NCBI GenBank assembly: GCA_963663765.2
Contig: CAXXUA010000005.1
Coordinates: 1,696,001 to 1,760,000 of the forward strand
Direction of reading: 5' to 3'
DNA from: Candidatus Poribacteria bacterium
Lineage (GTDB): Bacteria > Poribacteria > WGA-4E > WGA-3G
Length of the DNA stretch: 64,000 nt
The notes beneath the pieces were generated by a model. That model worked only from the letters and a program-made list of their open reading frames with translations. It was not told where the DNA came from and did not search any database. Both the position numbers and the translations under genes were made by a program. Shown one piece after another: positions 41,947 to 52,572 of the stretch. Each line of letters begins with the position of its first letter. Within the stretch, counting starts at the first letter, position 1.

Positions 41947-42804
41947 CTAATCTGACTCCAGAATGGGTATAACGTTGTGTTGTACCTCATCTCCCATACC
42001 CGGATAGGTTTTACCCCGAATCCACATGGGCGGTCGTTTCTTGTTCACAGCCTCTGGACGCGTCCATTCTGCTTTTGCATTGATATAATGGGCTACGTTC
42101 GCGCGTCTGAAACGCTCACTGTGGTTATCAGTGCTTTTGTGTAGGACTTGGCTATTAAACCAGACTACTCCTCCTCCGGGGACTTCAACCGCAATACCAT
42201 CTTCATCTCGAGCCCCTTCCGCCCGTCGAAACTCTCCTTGCTGCGAACCTTCAAGTTCCAAGTGGTCACGTACTACACCTTTGTGGCTGCCAGGGATAAC
42301 ATATAAACATCCGTTTTCTTTATCCGCATCATCTATTGCTGTCCATGTAGCGACTGTCGTACCGGTTTTGTACTGATGATTGAAATACCATTTATCTTGA
42401 TGCCACGGGAATCCAAGACCAATTCTGGGTGGTTTCCAAATATACAGATTATTGAGACCGAGAATATCAGGACCGAGGATATCAACAACAGGATCAGTCA
42501 AACGCGGATCACGTGTTCGTGCAAGGAATTCTTCACAATTACAACTCACATATTGGATATTGTGCATTGCATAGATACCTTTTGCATCGGCTTTTCCATC
42601 TATAACTAACGCGTTTTTAAAGATATGATAGTCTGGGAAGGAACGTTTTTCATCAACGACGTCATCAGCAATTTGTGCTAATATATCGTTTTCTTCTTTT
42701 GAAAAAACGTTTAATCGGACAAAGTATCCATTTTCGTTCCACTGTGCCAGTTCGTCTGCAGTCAGTTTATGCGTTCGTTCCTCAGGTGTTACCGTTGTGT
42801 TCAC
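41947..42804 (-). CDS. phytanoyl-CoA dioxygenase (PhyH) family protein
   Basis: PWHQD, ENGCLYVIPGSHK and LHKS.DN.S...RR motifs. Confidence 0.9.
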   Translation of the reverse strand: MNTTVTPEERTHKLTADELAQWNENGYFVRLNVFSKEENDILAQIADDVVDEKRSFPDYHIFKNALVIDGKADAKGIYAMHNIQYVSCNCEEFLARTRDPRLTDPVVDILGPDILGLNNLYIWKPPRIGLGFPWHQDKWYFNHQYKTGTTVATWTAIDDADKENGCLYVIPGSHKGVVRDHLELEGSQQGEFRRAEGARDEDGIAVEVPGGGVVWFNSQVLHKSTDNHSERFRRANVAHYINAKAEWTRPEAVNKKRPPMWIRGKTYPGMGDEVQHNVIPILESD

Positions 42805-42839
42805 AGATTCTCCCGTTATGTTATATTGGACATGGTTTA

Positions 42840-42972
42840 TAGTAGATTTTAGAATTATTATTACACTTTCAGGTGTAGGAGGGAACTCCGATACCCGACT
42901 ATCAAGACGTTCAGTCGCGATTCGGAGATCGCTCCTACAGAAAAAGTGTAAATTTAATTGTATCTTTCACTA
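42840..42972. mobile_element. TAGT-ended MITE-like unit with REP-F doublet
   Basis: Imperfect TIRs around GTAGGAGGGAACTCCGATACCCGA and TCGCGATTCGGAGATCGCTCCTAC. Partial copies at ~840-917 and ~43390-43702. Confidence 0.55.
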
Positions 42973-43005
42973 TAACTATTCTGTGTAAGTCCTTATAAAT
43001 GAAGA

Positions 43006-43080
43006 TACCCCCGACGAGATTTGAACTCGTGTCGCCGCCGTGAAAGGGCGGTGTCCTTGGCCAGGCTAGACGACGGGGGC
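43006..43080 (-). tRNA. tRNA-Glu(TTC)
   Basis: GCCCCCGTCGTCTAGCCTGGCCAAGGACACCGCCCTTTCACGGCGG...GTTCAAATC cloverleaf; CCA not encoded. Confidence 0.95.
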
Positions 43081-43092
43081 GTAATAATTAGG

Positions 43093-43165
43093 TGAGCCGT
43101 ACAGGGATCGAACCTGTGACCCTCTGATTAAAAGTCAGATGCTCTACCAGCTGAGCTAACGGCTC
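43093..43165 (-). tRNA. tRNA-Lys(TTT)
   Basis: GAGCCGTTAGCTCAGCTGGTAGAGCATCTGACTTTTAATCAGA...GGTTCGATCCC. Confidence 0.95.
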
Positions 43166-43218
43166 AAATTCACAATATATTATAATACACGCTTTCTTGG
43201 CAAATGTCAAGTTAAAAT

Positions 43219-43339
43219 CAGGATTATTCAGTTTTCCTAATTTTTGGATTTTTCAAAAAAGAAACCCCGCGGTAGGAGCGACCTCACGGTCGCGATTTTC
43301 TCAGGAGATAGCTAAAATGCCAAAAACTGAATAACCCTG
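43219..43339. mobile_element. short CAGGG MITE with a single REP-A
   Basis: TIRs; TSD AGTTAAAAT/AATTAAAAT. Related inverted copy at 55580-55698. Confidence 0.7.
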
Positions 43340-43447
43340 AATTAAAATGCAAGAATAGGTGTGTAAAGTTTTTGTAGAAACCCTGATATTATAGTAGATT
43401 TTAGAATTATTTTTACACTTTCAGGTGTAGGAGGGAACTCCGATACC

Positions 43448-43589
43448 CATAGGCGTCAATTTAAGGATTTTGACCTCTTGTGGGAGGGGTTTTCAACCCC
43501 GAATTTATGCGCTTTTTCTCTCAAATCGGGGTTGAAAACCCCTCCCACAAGAGAAATGACAACAATATGTTCTTAAATTGACGCCTATG
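43448..43589. mobile_element. CAT (IS231-like end) MITE with REP-E doublet, inserted in a REP-F
   Basis: TIR CATAGGCGTCAATTTAAG; 19-bp duplication AGGAGGGAACTCCGATACC. Confidence 0.8.
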
Positions 43590-43721
43590 AGGAGGGAACT
43601 CCGATACCCGACTGTACGAGGGAACTCCGATACCCGACTATCAAGACGTTCAGTCGCGATTCGGAGATCGCTCCTACAGAACAAGTGTAAACTTAATTGT
43701 ATCAGGACTTACGCACCCAAC

Positions 43722-44220
43722 GGTAGGCGCGCTTTGTAGGCGGGGAATGCCAAAAGGCATTCATACCGTTGATTTCTTGATTTGGTGCTTTGTAAGCGCG
43801 CCCCGAACTCACCCGCAATCCCCTGCAGGCGGGGAATGCCATACGCGCATTCATACCGTTGATTTGGTGCTTTGTAAGCACGCCCCCCAACTGCAATCCC
43901 CTGCAGGCGGGGAATGCCATACGCGCATTCATACCGTTGATTTGGTGCTTTGTAAGCGCGCCCAAACTCACCCGCACTCACCTGCTGGCGGGGAATGCCA
44001 TACGCGCATTCATACCGTTGATTTGGTGCTTTGTAAGCGCGCCCAAACTCAGCCGCACTCACCTGCAGGCGGGGAATGCCATACGCGCATTCATACCGTT
44101 GATTTGGTGCTTTGTAAGCGCGCCGTTCCCAATAGGAGGGAAACCTTTAAATCCCGATTTTCTCACTCAAGGTAGGCGGGGAATGCCTAAATGGCATTCA
44201 TACCGTTGATTTCGCCCTAC
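43722..44220 (+). repeat. ~80-bp tandem REP-G composite repeats
   Basis: GCGGGGAATGCCATACGCGCATTCATACCGTTGATTTGGTGCTTTGTAAGCGCGCC repeated about 5 times. Confidence 0.8.
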
Positions 44221-44309
44221 AATGGAGAGTGGGATGTTTGTGCAAAAACTTTACACACCCTGCAAGAATTTGGTGCAAGTACAGCGAAATAAGCTATATT
44301 GCAATACAC

Positions 44310-45590
44310 CTACCAGAGCGGGTCACCGAGTTGTACGATCTGATCTCTATCCGGACCGACAGAGATGATTGGGATTGGCACATTAAGATAATCAGCAACG
44401 TATTTTATGTAGTCTCTTGTTCGTTGCGGAATATCATCTGCGGATCGTGCTTCAGTCAACGGTTGTTGCCAACCGGGCAGTGTTTCATATACCGGCTCAC
44501 ATTCTTCCAAAACTTTCAGGCTGCTTGGGAAGGTCGTTGTTTGATTGCCTTTATAGCGGTATGCGACACAGACCTGTAGGTCAGTAAGCGTATCAAACAC
44601 ATCAAGTTTTGTAAGAGCGATGGCGGTTAATCCGTTAATTTGCGTTGCATATCGGAGTGCCACAAGGTCAAGCCAACCGCATCTTCTCGGTCTCTGTGTA
44701 GTTGCTCCGTATTCCTTACCGATATCTCGAATATGTTCATCCAAGTCGGGTGGCATTTCAGTGGGGAATGGTCCGCCGCCAACTCGTGTTACATACGCTT
44801 TTGAAACACCCATTACATTTTCTATGACCTTTGGACCTATACCGAGACCTGTGCATACTGCGCCTGCTGTGCAGTTAGACGATGTAACATAAGGGTATGT
44901 CCCGAAATCAATGTCCAGCATCGTTCCCTGTGCACCTTCAAACAAAATCCTTTTGTCTGCAGCGAGGACTTCGTGCATATATGCGACCGTGTCTGTAATG
45001 TATGGCGTAATTCGCTCCGCATATTTATAGAATGTTTCCACAAGTGAATGCCGAGTGACATCCCCAATCTTGAGTGCGTCTGCTTTGGTCTCAAGGTTGT
45101 AATCAAGTTTCTTTTGGAAATGGTCAAACTCCAGCAGATCACCGACGCGAATACCTGCATGCCTGTTCATTTTATCGGAGTAGGTCGGTCCAATGCCGCG
45201 TGATGTCGTCCCGATTTTCGTTGAACTTCCCATCTGTTCCCACTGCTCAACCATTTTGTGGTAAGGCATGATAAGGTGTGCCCGGTCACTGATCTTCAGA
45301 TTTTCGCTACTGACTTCAACACCTTGTGCTTCCAGTCCATCAATCTCGCGTAAGAGGGTTTCCAAATTGATCACCAAACCATTACCGATAACGTTCACGG
45401 TGTTTGGTCTGAGAATACCGGATGGAATCAGATGAAGAATGAAGGTTTTATCACCAAGGACGATAGTGTGTCCGGCATTATCACCGCCTTGATAACGTGC
45501 GACGACATCTGCGTGTTCAGCGAACACATCGGTGAGTTTTCCTTTGCTCTCATCGCCCCATTGTGCACCTAAGATAACAATGTTTGACAT
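44310..45590 (-). CDS. purA: adenylosuccinate synthetase
   Basis: GAQWGDESKGK, GGDNAGHT, IGTT.RGIGP.Y and RPRRCGWLD motifs. Confidence 0.97.
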   Translation of the reverse strand: MSNIVILGAQWGDESKGKLTDVFAEHADVVARYQGGDNAGHTIVLGDKTFILHLIPSGILRPNTVNVIGNGLVINLETLLREIDGLEAQGVEVSSENLKISDRAHLIMPYHKMVEQWEQMGSSTKIGTTSRGIGPTYSDKMNRHAGIRVGDLLEFDHFQKKLDYNLETKADALKIGDVTRHSLVETFYKYAERITPYITDTVAYMHEVLAADKRILFEGAQGTMLDIDFGTYPYVTSSNCTAGAVCTGLGIGPKVIENVMGVSKAYVTRVGGGPFPTEMPPDLDEHIRDIGKEYGATTQRPRRCGWLDLVALRYATQINGLTAIALTKLDVFDTLTDLQVCVAYRYKGNQTTTFPSSLKVLEECEPVYETLPGWQQPLTEARSADDIPQRTRDYIKYVADYLNVPIPIISVGPDRDQIVQLGDPLW

Positions 45591-45768
45591 ACAAATCCTA
45601 ACTGATTAAGCGTCGTGAATCGGAGAACGCTTCTACTCTGTTGTTCAAGCTTAAATATGGGTTATAGATCGCGACCGGGAGGCCGCTCCTACAGAAGAAT
45701 AAGTCCTGATTCGGAGGTAGTTCCTAATAAAAAGGTCGCGATACGGAGATTGTTCTTGCAGAAGAGCA

Positions 45769-46164
45769 TTAACGTTTTGAGAATTGGAAACGTGCGCGTG
45801 CACCTTTTTGTCCAAATTTCTTTCGCTCAACCATCCGTGAGTCGCGTGTTAGAAATCCGCCCTTTTTCAATGGCGGTTTCAACGACTCGTCTGCTTTCAC
45901 GAGCGCGCGTGCAAGACCATGCGAAATAGCACCAGCTTGCCCTGTATTGCCACCGCCACGGACATTCACATGGACAGCGAATTCACCTGTACGCTCAACG
46001 TGCTCAATTGGACGGCGTGCAACCTGTATATGGTCAGAACGGTCGAAATAATCCTCAATAGGTTTCTTGTTGACAACAATGCCGCCTTCACCTCCGGGTA
46101 TGATTCGTACGCGTGCGACTGATGTTTTACGTCTACCGGTTCCCCAATATTGTTCAATTGCCAT
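45769..46164 (-). CDS. rpsI: 30S ribosomal protein S9
   Basis: [22 protein letters not shown] and QFSKR. Start placed after RBS GAGG. Confidence 0.97.
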   Translation of the reverse strand: MAIEQYWGTGRRKTSVARVRIIPGGEGGIVVNKKPIEDYFDRSDHIQVARRPIEHVERTGEFAVHVNVRGGGNTGQAGAISHGLARALVKADESLKPPLKKGGFLTRDSRMVERKKFGQKGARARFQFSKR

Positions 46165-46179
46165 ATTATTCCTCAACTG

Positions 46180-46617
46180 TTAGAAAGTTAAAACTTCTGG
46201 TTCTTGTGCTTGGTGCGGATGGTTCGGACCTTTGTAAACTCGTAACCCCTTCATCAACTTTGCGCCGAGACTGTTCTTGGGTATCATGCCTTTGACAGCA
46301 GCAGTGATAATAAACGCTGGGTTGCGCTCCATCTGTTCGTTATAGGTTCTATATCTATCACCACCGGGATACCCACTATAACGGAAATATGTTTTCTGTT
46401 CACCCTTATTTCCAGTGACAACGACCTTCTCTGCGTTAATCACAGCAACACGGTACCCTAAATCGGCATGCGGTGTGAAACTGGGGTCGTGTTTTCCTCT
46501 GAGTACTTGTGCAATTCGGGACGCTAAACGTCCAAGCACCTGTCCTTCCGCATCTACGATATACCACTTAACCTGTTTATCGTCTTTAGGGAAGTAGGTT
46601 TTTGTTTTCAATACCAT
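46180..46617 (-). CDS. rplM: 50S ribosomal protein L13
   Basis: WYIVDAEGQVLGRLAS and HPHQAQ.P motifs. Confidence 0.97.
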   Translation of the reverse strand: MVLKTKTYFPKDDKQVKWYIVDAEGQVLGRLASRIAQVLRGKHDPSFTPHADLGYRVAVINAEKVVVTGNKGEQKTYFRYSGYPGGDRYRTYNEQMERNPAFIITAAVKGMIPKNSLGAKLMKGLRVYKGPNHPHQAQEPEVLTF

Positions 46618-46680
46618 AATTCTTGACCTTCTCTGAAAATACTTGTATTCCTGATGTTTTCTGTTTTCACGTATAATTGT

Positions 46681-46709
46681 ATTATACTATATAAAGTTTG
46701 TGTTGTCAA
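46681..46709 (-). promoter_or_regulatory. rplM-rpsI promoter TTGACA-N17-TATAAT
   Basis: Perfect consensus hexamers. Confidence 0.75.
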
Positions 46710-46721
46710 AATTAATTAAGG

Positions 46722-47666
46722 TAAAGTTATTTTCTTTTAGTAGCTTTTGCAGATATTTATAACATTCGTGAATTAGATGCGTAGGTCGGGTAGAGCGATA
46801 GCGAAACCCATAGGTGTCAACTTAAGAAAATATTGTTGGCATATTCTCTTGTGGGAGGGGTTTGTAACCCCGATTTGATAGGTGTCAACTTAAGAAAATA
46901 TTGTTGGCATATTCTCTTGTGGGAGGGGTTTGTAACCCCGATTTGATAGGTGTCAACTTAAGAAAATATTGTTGGCATATTCTCTTGTGGGAGGGGTTTG
47001 TAACCCCGATTTGATAGGTGTCAACTTAAGAAAATATTGTTGGCATATTCTCTTGTGGGAGGGGTTTGTAACCCCGATTTGAGTGGAAATGAACATAAAA
47101 TCGGGGTTGAAAACCCCTCCCACAAGAGGTCAGAATCCTTAAGTTGACACCTATGGGTAGAGCGATAGCGAAACCCGACATGTATTGATTGTAGTTGTCA
47201 TGTCGGGTTTCGCTATCGCTCTACCCATAGGTGTCAACTTAGCGATTCATATTATTGTAGGAGGGAAACCTTGAAATCCCGATTTTCTCACTCAAGGTAG
47301 ACGTGCTTTGTAAGCGCGCCCCCTAACTGCACTCACCTGCAGGCGTGTTTTGTAAGCGCGCCCCGCACTCACCCGCACTCAACTGCAGGCGTGCTTTGTA
47401 AGCGCGCCCCGCAACTGCAGACGTGCTTTGTAAGCGCGCACCTCAACTGCAGGCGTGCTTTGTAAGCGCGCCGTTGCCAATCCTGTGTTTATCGGCGCAC
47501 TTACAAAGCACGCCTACCGAGATGGGGTATTTAGCACTTGACTTTTTCTTAAGTTGACACCTATGGGTTTCGCTATCGCTCTACCCGATCTTCGATATAA
47601 ACTCTAAGTAACACCCATCAACTGTAACACCCATCAACTGATAATTCTTAAAACTGAATAACCCTG
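46722..47666. mobile_element. CAGGG MITE (degenerate left TIR) with REP-D doublet; each REP is hit by a CAT MITE (46809-47155, 47226-47565)
   Basis: 9-bp TSD TAATTAAGG; two 20-bp inner duplications; a 68-bp unit repeated 4 times at 46810-47081. Confidence 0.8.
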
Positions 47667-47669
47667 TAA

Positions 47670-48422
47670 TTAAGGTATGAGGATACGTCCTCCACTGGCA
47701 ATTATTGTCGCACCAGTTATATAACTGGCTTCCTCACTCAATAGGAATGCAATCACATTCGCCATCTCATCGGGGTTTCCGAGTCTACCAAGAGGTGTCG
47801 TAGAACGGAGTTGCTCCACCATGTCTGGTGATACCTCGCTTAGCATATCTGTGTCAATTGCCCCTGGTGCTACAGAATTGATGCGGATGTTGTGTTTTGC
47901 AAGCGGTTCACAACACGATTTTGTCAGTGAAATTATCCCTGCTTTTGCAGCTGCATAAGGCAATTGATCGGGACGTACTGCTAACGCTGCTATTGACGAC
48001 ACATTGACAATCCGTCCGAACTTCCTTTCTATCATGCCATCCTTCACTGCCCATAGTACATTGAACGGTCCTGTAAGATTGATAGAGATGATTCGGTCCC
48101 AGTGTTCTGGTTTCAGTTCATCAAAGGTCACATCACCGACATTCCCCGCATTATTGACTAATAGATCAATTCTACCAAATTCTTTGTTCACCTCTGAAAC
48201 CATTTTCTTTACAGCGTCTCTGTCCGCGATTTCGGCTTGGATAGGTAATGCTTTTTGTTGGTATTCACGTTTAATTTCAGCGCAGACATTCTCTGCCTTA
48301 TCAGATGCTCTGGAATAATGCACAGCAACTGATGCCCCTTCGCTTGCAAGTTTAAATGCAGTTGCTTTACCAATTCCGCGGCTTGCCCCGGTTACCAGAG
48401 CAACCTTTTTCTGAAATCGCAT
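47670..48422 (-). CDS. SDR family oxidoreductase (FabG-like)
   Basis: TGASRGIG, NNAG, YAAAK and PG..DT motifs. Confidence 0.9.
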   Translation of the reverse strand: MRFQKKVALVTGASRGIGKATAFKLASEGASVAVHYSRASDKAENVCAEIKREYQQKALPIQAEIADRDAVKKMVSEVNKEFGRIDLLVNNAGNVGDVTFDELKPEHWDRIISINLTGPFNVLWAVKDGMIERKFGRIVNVSSIAALAVRPDQLPYAAAKAGIISLTKSCCEPLAKHNIRINSVAPGAIDTDMLSEVSPDMVEQLRSTTPLGRLGNPDEMANVIAFLLSEEASYITGATIIASGGRILIP

Positions 48423-48481
48423 TCGTATTTTCTCCTATATTCCAAAGCGAATTTTGCCTTCCTGTAGAGAATATTTATTAA

Positions 48482-49273
48482 CTAATCATTTTCGGGGATG
48501 CTTTCATCTACATCAGGTGTAACAGGATCGTCAATCTCAAGCATTCTGTACCATGATTCAAAATTGAGTTCGGATTGTCCCCACTGAAAATTGTAGTGAA
48601 ATGAATATGGAACTGCATATCGAGTTTCAAAGAGTTTTTCTGAAACGGCGATTCTTTTACCATTGATGTGAAGATAGACATCAGCAACCGTTCGTTCTGC
48701 GTAGGTTCCGAAATCAGGATTCCGGATTTCTATTGTGAGTGGAAATTGGTCAATCTTAGATTGTTCAACGAGACTTCTTAGAAAATCCCTTGCTTCCAAT
48801 CCTCGTTCCTTTGCCCGATCGCGTTCTTCTTCGGGATACTTACTCGATCTTCTTACTTCTGATGCATCAACATCTCTAAAACGAATATTTGTTAGGATAT
48901 AGATTCCATCTTCACGTTTTTGTAGACCTGGCCAAGCATCAAAATCTGCAGGCATCGGTCCGGATTTATATTCGTGAAATAAGATCAACACTCTGTTTAT
49001 CGTATCAGCATCGTAGACATCATCTATGTGAGCAATGCTTCCATAGTAGATAGGTTCACCTTCTTCGTATTCAATTTTTGAGAAGGTTTTACATGTGAAA
49101 TAGATTGCAGTTTCATCTTCAGTGAGTGTACACTGATTATTGTTGTAATAGATTTTTTTGCCATAAACGTTTGCTTCGTCACAACTAATGAGTAATACGG
49201 CACAGAATATTGTGATGATTAACATTAGGTGATGACTAAAATGTTTTCGTTTATGGTAGATTCTATTCTTCAT
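48482..49273 (-). CDS. lipoprotein with thermonuclease (SNase)-like domain
   Basis: Lipobox LISC; VYDADTI, IRFRDVDASE, GLEARDFL and YAERTVADV motifs. Confidence 0.55.
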   Translation of the reverse strand: MKNRIYHKRKHFSHHLMLIITIFCAVLLISCDEANVYGKKIYYNNNQCTLTEDETAIYFTCKTFSKIEYEEGEPIYYGSIAHIDDVYDADTINRVLILFHEYKSGPMPADFDAWPGLQKREDGIYILTNIRFRDVDASEVRRSSKYPEEERDRAKERGLEARDFLRSLVEQSKIDQFPLTIEIRNPDFGTYAERTVADVYLHINGKRIAVSEKLFETRYAVPYSFHYNFQWGQSELNFESWYRMLEIDDPVTPDVDESIPEND

Positions 49274-49394
49274 CGGTTATGTTTCCTCTACCGATACCCG
49301 CGCCTCCCATACCGAGGTAGGTGACTTGCAGTACTGTTCGTCCTAATCTACGTTTTGGTAGCGGACCAGTTTGTATTGACATAAGTTATACTCT

Positions 49395-49530
49395 TGCTTA
49401 GTCAACATACTATTGTAGGTTGAGATTCGGAGATCGCTCCTACAGAAGTCTTGTGTATTGTGTGTATTGTAGGAGGGAACTCCGATTCCCGACTACTTTT
49501 TAGACCCATCAATAAATACTTGACTAAGCA
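49395..49530. mobile_element. TGCTTAGTCAA-ended MITE with REP-F units
   Basis: 11-bp TIR and 4-bp TSD CTCT. Confidence 0.6.
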
Positions 49531-49555
49531 CTCTTCACTTCAACGCACAAACTCG

Positions 49556-50317
49556 TTAGATGACACCGATGTCTTTTAAATGCTGCAACGAATTTGCGAC
49601 CCGTGCCTTTGCACCTGCTTCATCAAGGTTTTCACCCTCAATTCCTTCCAATTCCATCGTGAAGGGACCATAGAAACCGACATCGTTCAATGTTTGGAAT
49701 ACTGCTTTGTAATCAACGACTCCTTCACCGAGTGCGGGAAAATGCCATGTCCGATAACCTCCGTTAGTATCCTTGAGATGAACAGCACCGACATAATCAA
49801 CAATCTTCTGTACCTCTGTGACAGCGTCAATATTGTGATTATAGAAATAGACGTTACCAGTATCAAAGTTAACACGGATATTCGGATGGTTGACAGCTTT
49901 CATCGTTTCAAGGGCAATATCCCCATTGTGAATCAGATCTGGGTGTGTTTCTAAACAGACATTTACATCCAAAGGTTCGGCATTTTCTCCGATAGCGCGT
50001 AGTCGATCGTATACTGCGTTTCGGTCTGTTTCTCCCGCATGAACACTGGCAAAGATTACTTTCACGCCCATTTCATTTGCAACATTTAATGTTGGTTGGA
50101 AGTCCTCAACGACTGTCTCTGATTGGATGTCACACCTACCGAGTAGACTGGTAGCAGTAAGTCCATGCGATTTCAATTCGGCTTGTAACGCTTCAACACC
50201 GTCAGTCGAAGGGACACCGATTTCAACATTCGTCAAACCGATTTCGGCTAAGTGTGCATAAGCAGTCGCACCAAACTGTCTATAACTTCCTAAATTACAT
50301 GCTATGATATTTTTCAT
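49556..50317 (-). CDS. sugar phosphate isomerase/epimerase (xylose isomerase-like TIM barrel)
   Basis: CLETH, NFDTGN, VHLKD and TMELE motifs. Confidence 0.88.
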   Translation of the reverse strand: MKNIIACNLGSYRQFGATAYAHLAEIGLTNVEIGVPSTDGVEALQAELKSHGLTATSLLGRCDIQSETVVEDFQPTLNVANEMGVKVIFASVHAGETDRNAVYDRLRAIGENAEPLDVNVCLETHPDLIHNGDIALETMKAVNHPNIRVNFDTGNVYFYNHNIDAVTEVQKIVDYVGAVHLKDTNGGYRTWHFPALGEGVVDYKAVFQTLNDVGFYGPFTMELEGIEGENLDEAGAKARVANSLQHLKDIGVI

Positions 50318-50367
50318 TTAATCCTCCCGAGAATGATTGTAATAATCGTTTTGTTGATTCAAAATTA

Positions 50368-50521
50368 TACCAATTCAAATAAATCTTGTCTCATTAAGGA
50401 ATTCTAATGTTTACTGGCAGGGGGTTACTCTCTTCGGTAGGAGCGACCTCCCGGTCGCGAACGGGAGGTCGCTCCTACAAGATTTCCGCTGCTAATGAGA
50501 CATTATCACATGAAAATGGTA
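50368..50521. mobile_element. TACC-family MITE with REP-A
   Basis: TTA TSD. Confidence 0.75.
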
Positions 50522-50613
50522 TTACTTTTCTAAAGACTGACAAATTTCAGACATACCGCTCCGCTGGAGCGGAATTAAGGAACTATTTTTTCTATAAACA
50601 TATCGCTCTGCTG

Positions 50614-51517
50614 CAGGGTTATTCAGTTTTAGGAGCTTTCTGTTATTGAGATTTACTGAAAGTTAATACCCAAAAGAGGTTTCCTAACTGCACCTTATAC
50701 ATCAATTTTAGATTCTTGAAACATGAACATCGCTCTTTAGTCCCGACAAATGCCATACGGGGAATGCCTAAATGGCATTCATACCGTTGATTTGGCGCAT
50801 TTGGCGTTGATTTGGTAGGGACGATATGTTTATAGAAAACGAATACACTCCACAACTCTTTAGTCCCGTAGGGACGATATGTTTATAGAAAACGAATACA
50901 CTCCACAACTCTTTAGTCCCGTAGGGACGATATGTTTATAGAAAACGAATACACTCCACAACTCTTTAGTCCCGTAGGGACGATATGTTTATAGAAAACG
51001 AATACACTCCACAACTCTTTAGTCCCGTAGGGACGATATGTTTATAGAAAACGAATACACTCCACAACTCTTTAGTCCCGTAGGGACGATATGTTTATAG
51101 AAAACGAATACACTCCACAACTCTTTAGTCCCGTAGGGACGATATGTTTATAGAAAACGAATACACTCCACAACTCTTTAGTCCCGTAGGGACGATATGT
51201 TTTTTCTTCTATGCCGTTCCTACTGAACTCAAGAGAGTTAGATAATACCAATTCAAATAAATCTTGTCTCATTAAGGAATTCTAATGTTTACTGGCAGGG
51301 GGTTACTCTCTTCGGTAGGAGCGACCTCCCGGTCGCGACCGAGAGTCACTCCTACAAGATTTCCGCTGCTAATGAGACATTATCACATGAAAATGGTATA
51401 ACATTTTTCTATAAACATGTCGTCCCTACGGGACTAAAGACACGGACAAGATGGCAACATATAAAATTAACGTCATAGCAAAAAATCATCAAAAATACCT
51501 AAAACAAAATAATCTTG
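50614..51517. mobile_element. CAGGG MITE with REP-C array and nested TACC MITE (51246-51398)
   Basis: TSD GCTCTGCTG/GCTCCGCTG; degenerate right TIR. Confidence 0.75.
50815..51201 (+). repeat. perfect 53-bp tandem repeat (7 full copies plus a partial)
   Basis: Unit GTAGGGACGATATGTTTATAGAAAACGAATACACTCCACAACTCTTTAGTCCC. Confidence 0.9.
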
Positions 51518-51570
51518 GCTCCGCTGGAGCGAAAAAGAAGGTATTTTGAATACATGGTAGATTATAGATT

Positions 51571-52572
51571 TTACGGAATTTTACGTAGTATTGTATTACC
51601 TAAAAGGATTTCAAGTCCTAATAGCAGGGCAGCGGGAATTAGAAAATATGCTGCTAATTCCGTGTGTTCCGTATAGGTAATAACCTTAAATTTCGTTTTT
51701 TCAAGTTGGTCAATTTCTGCATAGACGTGTTTCAACGATTGCGAGTCTGTTGCGCGAAAATAACGTGCTTCCGTTGTATTTGAAATCAGTTTGAGTGTTG
51801 CTTCATCCAGATATGTTAGAATATCTGTATACCGTTTCCCGAAAGTTGTATCTTCGTAGGGGATGCGTGTTCCGCCTTCCTTTCCTAACCCGATAGTATA
51901 AACCCGAATATTGAAGGACTTAGCCAACATTGCAGCAGTTTCGGGGTCAATTGTTCCTGCGTTGTTTTCACCATCAGTCAACAAGATGACGATCTTGGTT
52001 TTGGTGTCTGATGTTCGCAAGCGGTGCGTTGTCGTAGCGATTGCGTCACCGATAGCAGTGCCTTGTTGCAGCTGCCCACCCATTTCAACTTCAACATTTT
52101 CGAGTAATCCAATTAAGACCGAATAATCCATTGTAAGTGGACATAAAGTGAAACTTTCACCAGAGAATACGACCAATCCAATTCGGTCATTTTGTCGCAG
52201 TTTTAGAAAATCACGAATAACCGATTTTGCTGTTTGTAGCCGGTTTGTATCTTTTGCATCTTCCGCTCGCATGCTATCAGAGACATCCAGTGCTAAGAAG
52301 ATATTGATACCTTCGGCAAAGCGGTGTTGTTGACTTTGAGAGAGTTGTGGTCGTGCAAGAACAAAAATGAGAAGTGCTATGACGACGAATCTTGTTATCT
52401 TCAGCATCGGTAGCAGCTTAACAGCATAAGTTCGCGGTAGTTGTCGGACAGCATCAATATTTGAGAAGCGGATGACAGGTAGTTTACCCCGTTTATGTTG
52501 ACTCCATAGATATATTGCTAATAGCGGTAAGAGTATATATAGACTGAGGAAAATTGGAGATGCAAGAAACAT
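51571..52572 (-). CDS. VWA domain membrane protein (BatA-like)
   Basis: LARPQ, MIDAS DVSDS, PLTMD, GTAIGDAI and LLTDGENN motifs. Confidence 0.88.
   Translation of the reverse strand: MFLASPIFLSLYILLPLLAIYLWSQHKRGKLPVIRFSNIDAVRQLPRTYAVKLLPMLKITRFVVIALLIFVLARPQLSQSQQHRFAEGINIFLALDVSDSMRAEDAKDTNRLQTAKSVIRDFLKLRQNDRIGLVVFSGESFTLCPLTMDYSVLIGLLENVEVEMGGQLQQGTAIGDAIATTTHRLRTSDTKTKIVILLTDGENNAGTIDPETAAMLAKSFNIRVYTIGLGKEGGTRIPYEDTTFGKRYTDILTYLDEATLKLISNTTEARYFRATDSQSLKHVYAEIDQLEKTKFKVITYTEHTELAAYFLIPAALLLGLEILLGNTILRKIP

Noticed and set aside
43702-44209. Overlapping repetitive ORFs
   Set aside because: These are translations of an ~80-bp non-coding tandem repeat in several frames.
50815-51201. CRISPR-like regular array
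   Set aside because: Units are identical with no unique spacers, no cas genes are present, and it lies within a MITE as a REP-C amplification.
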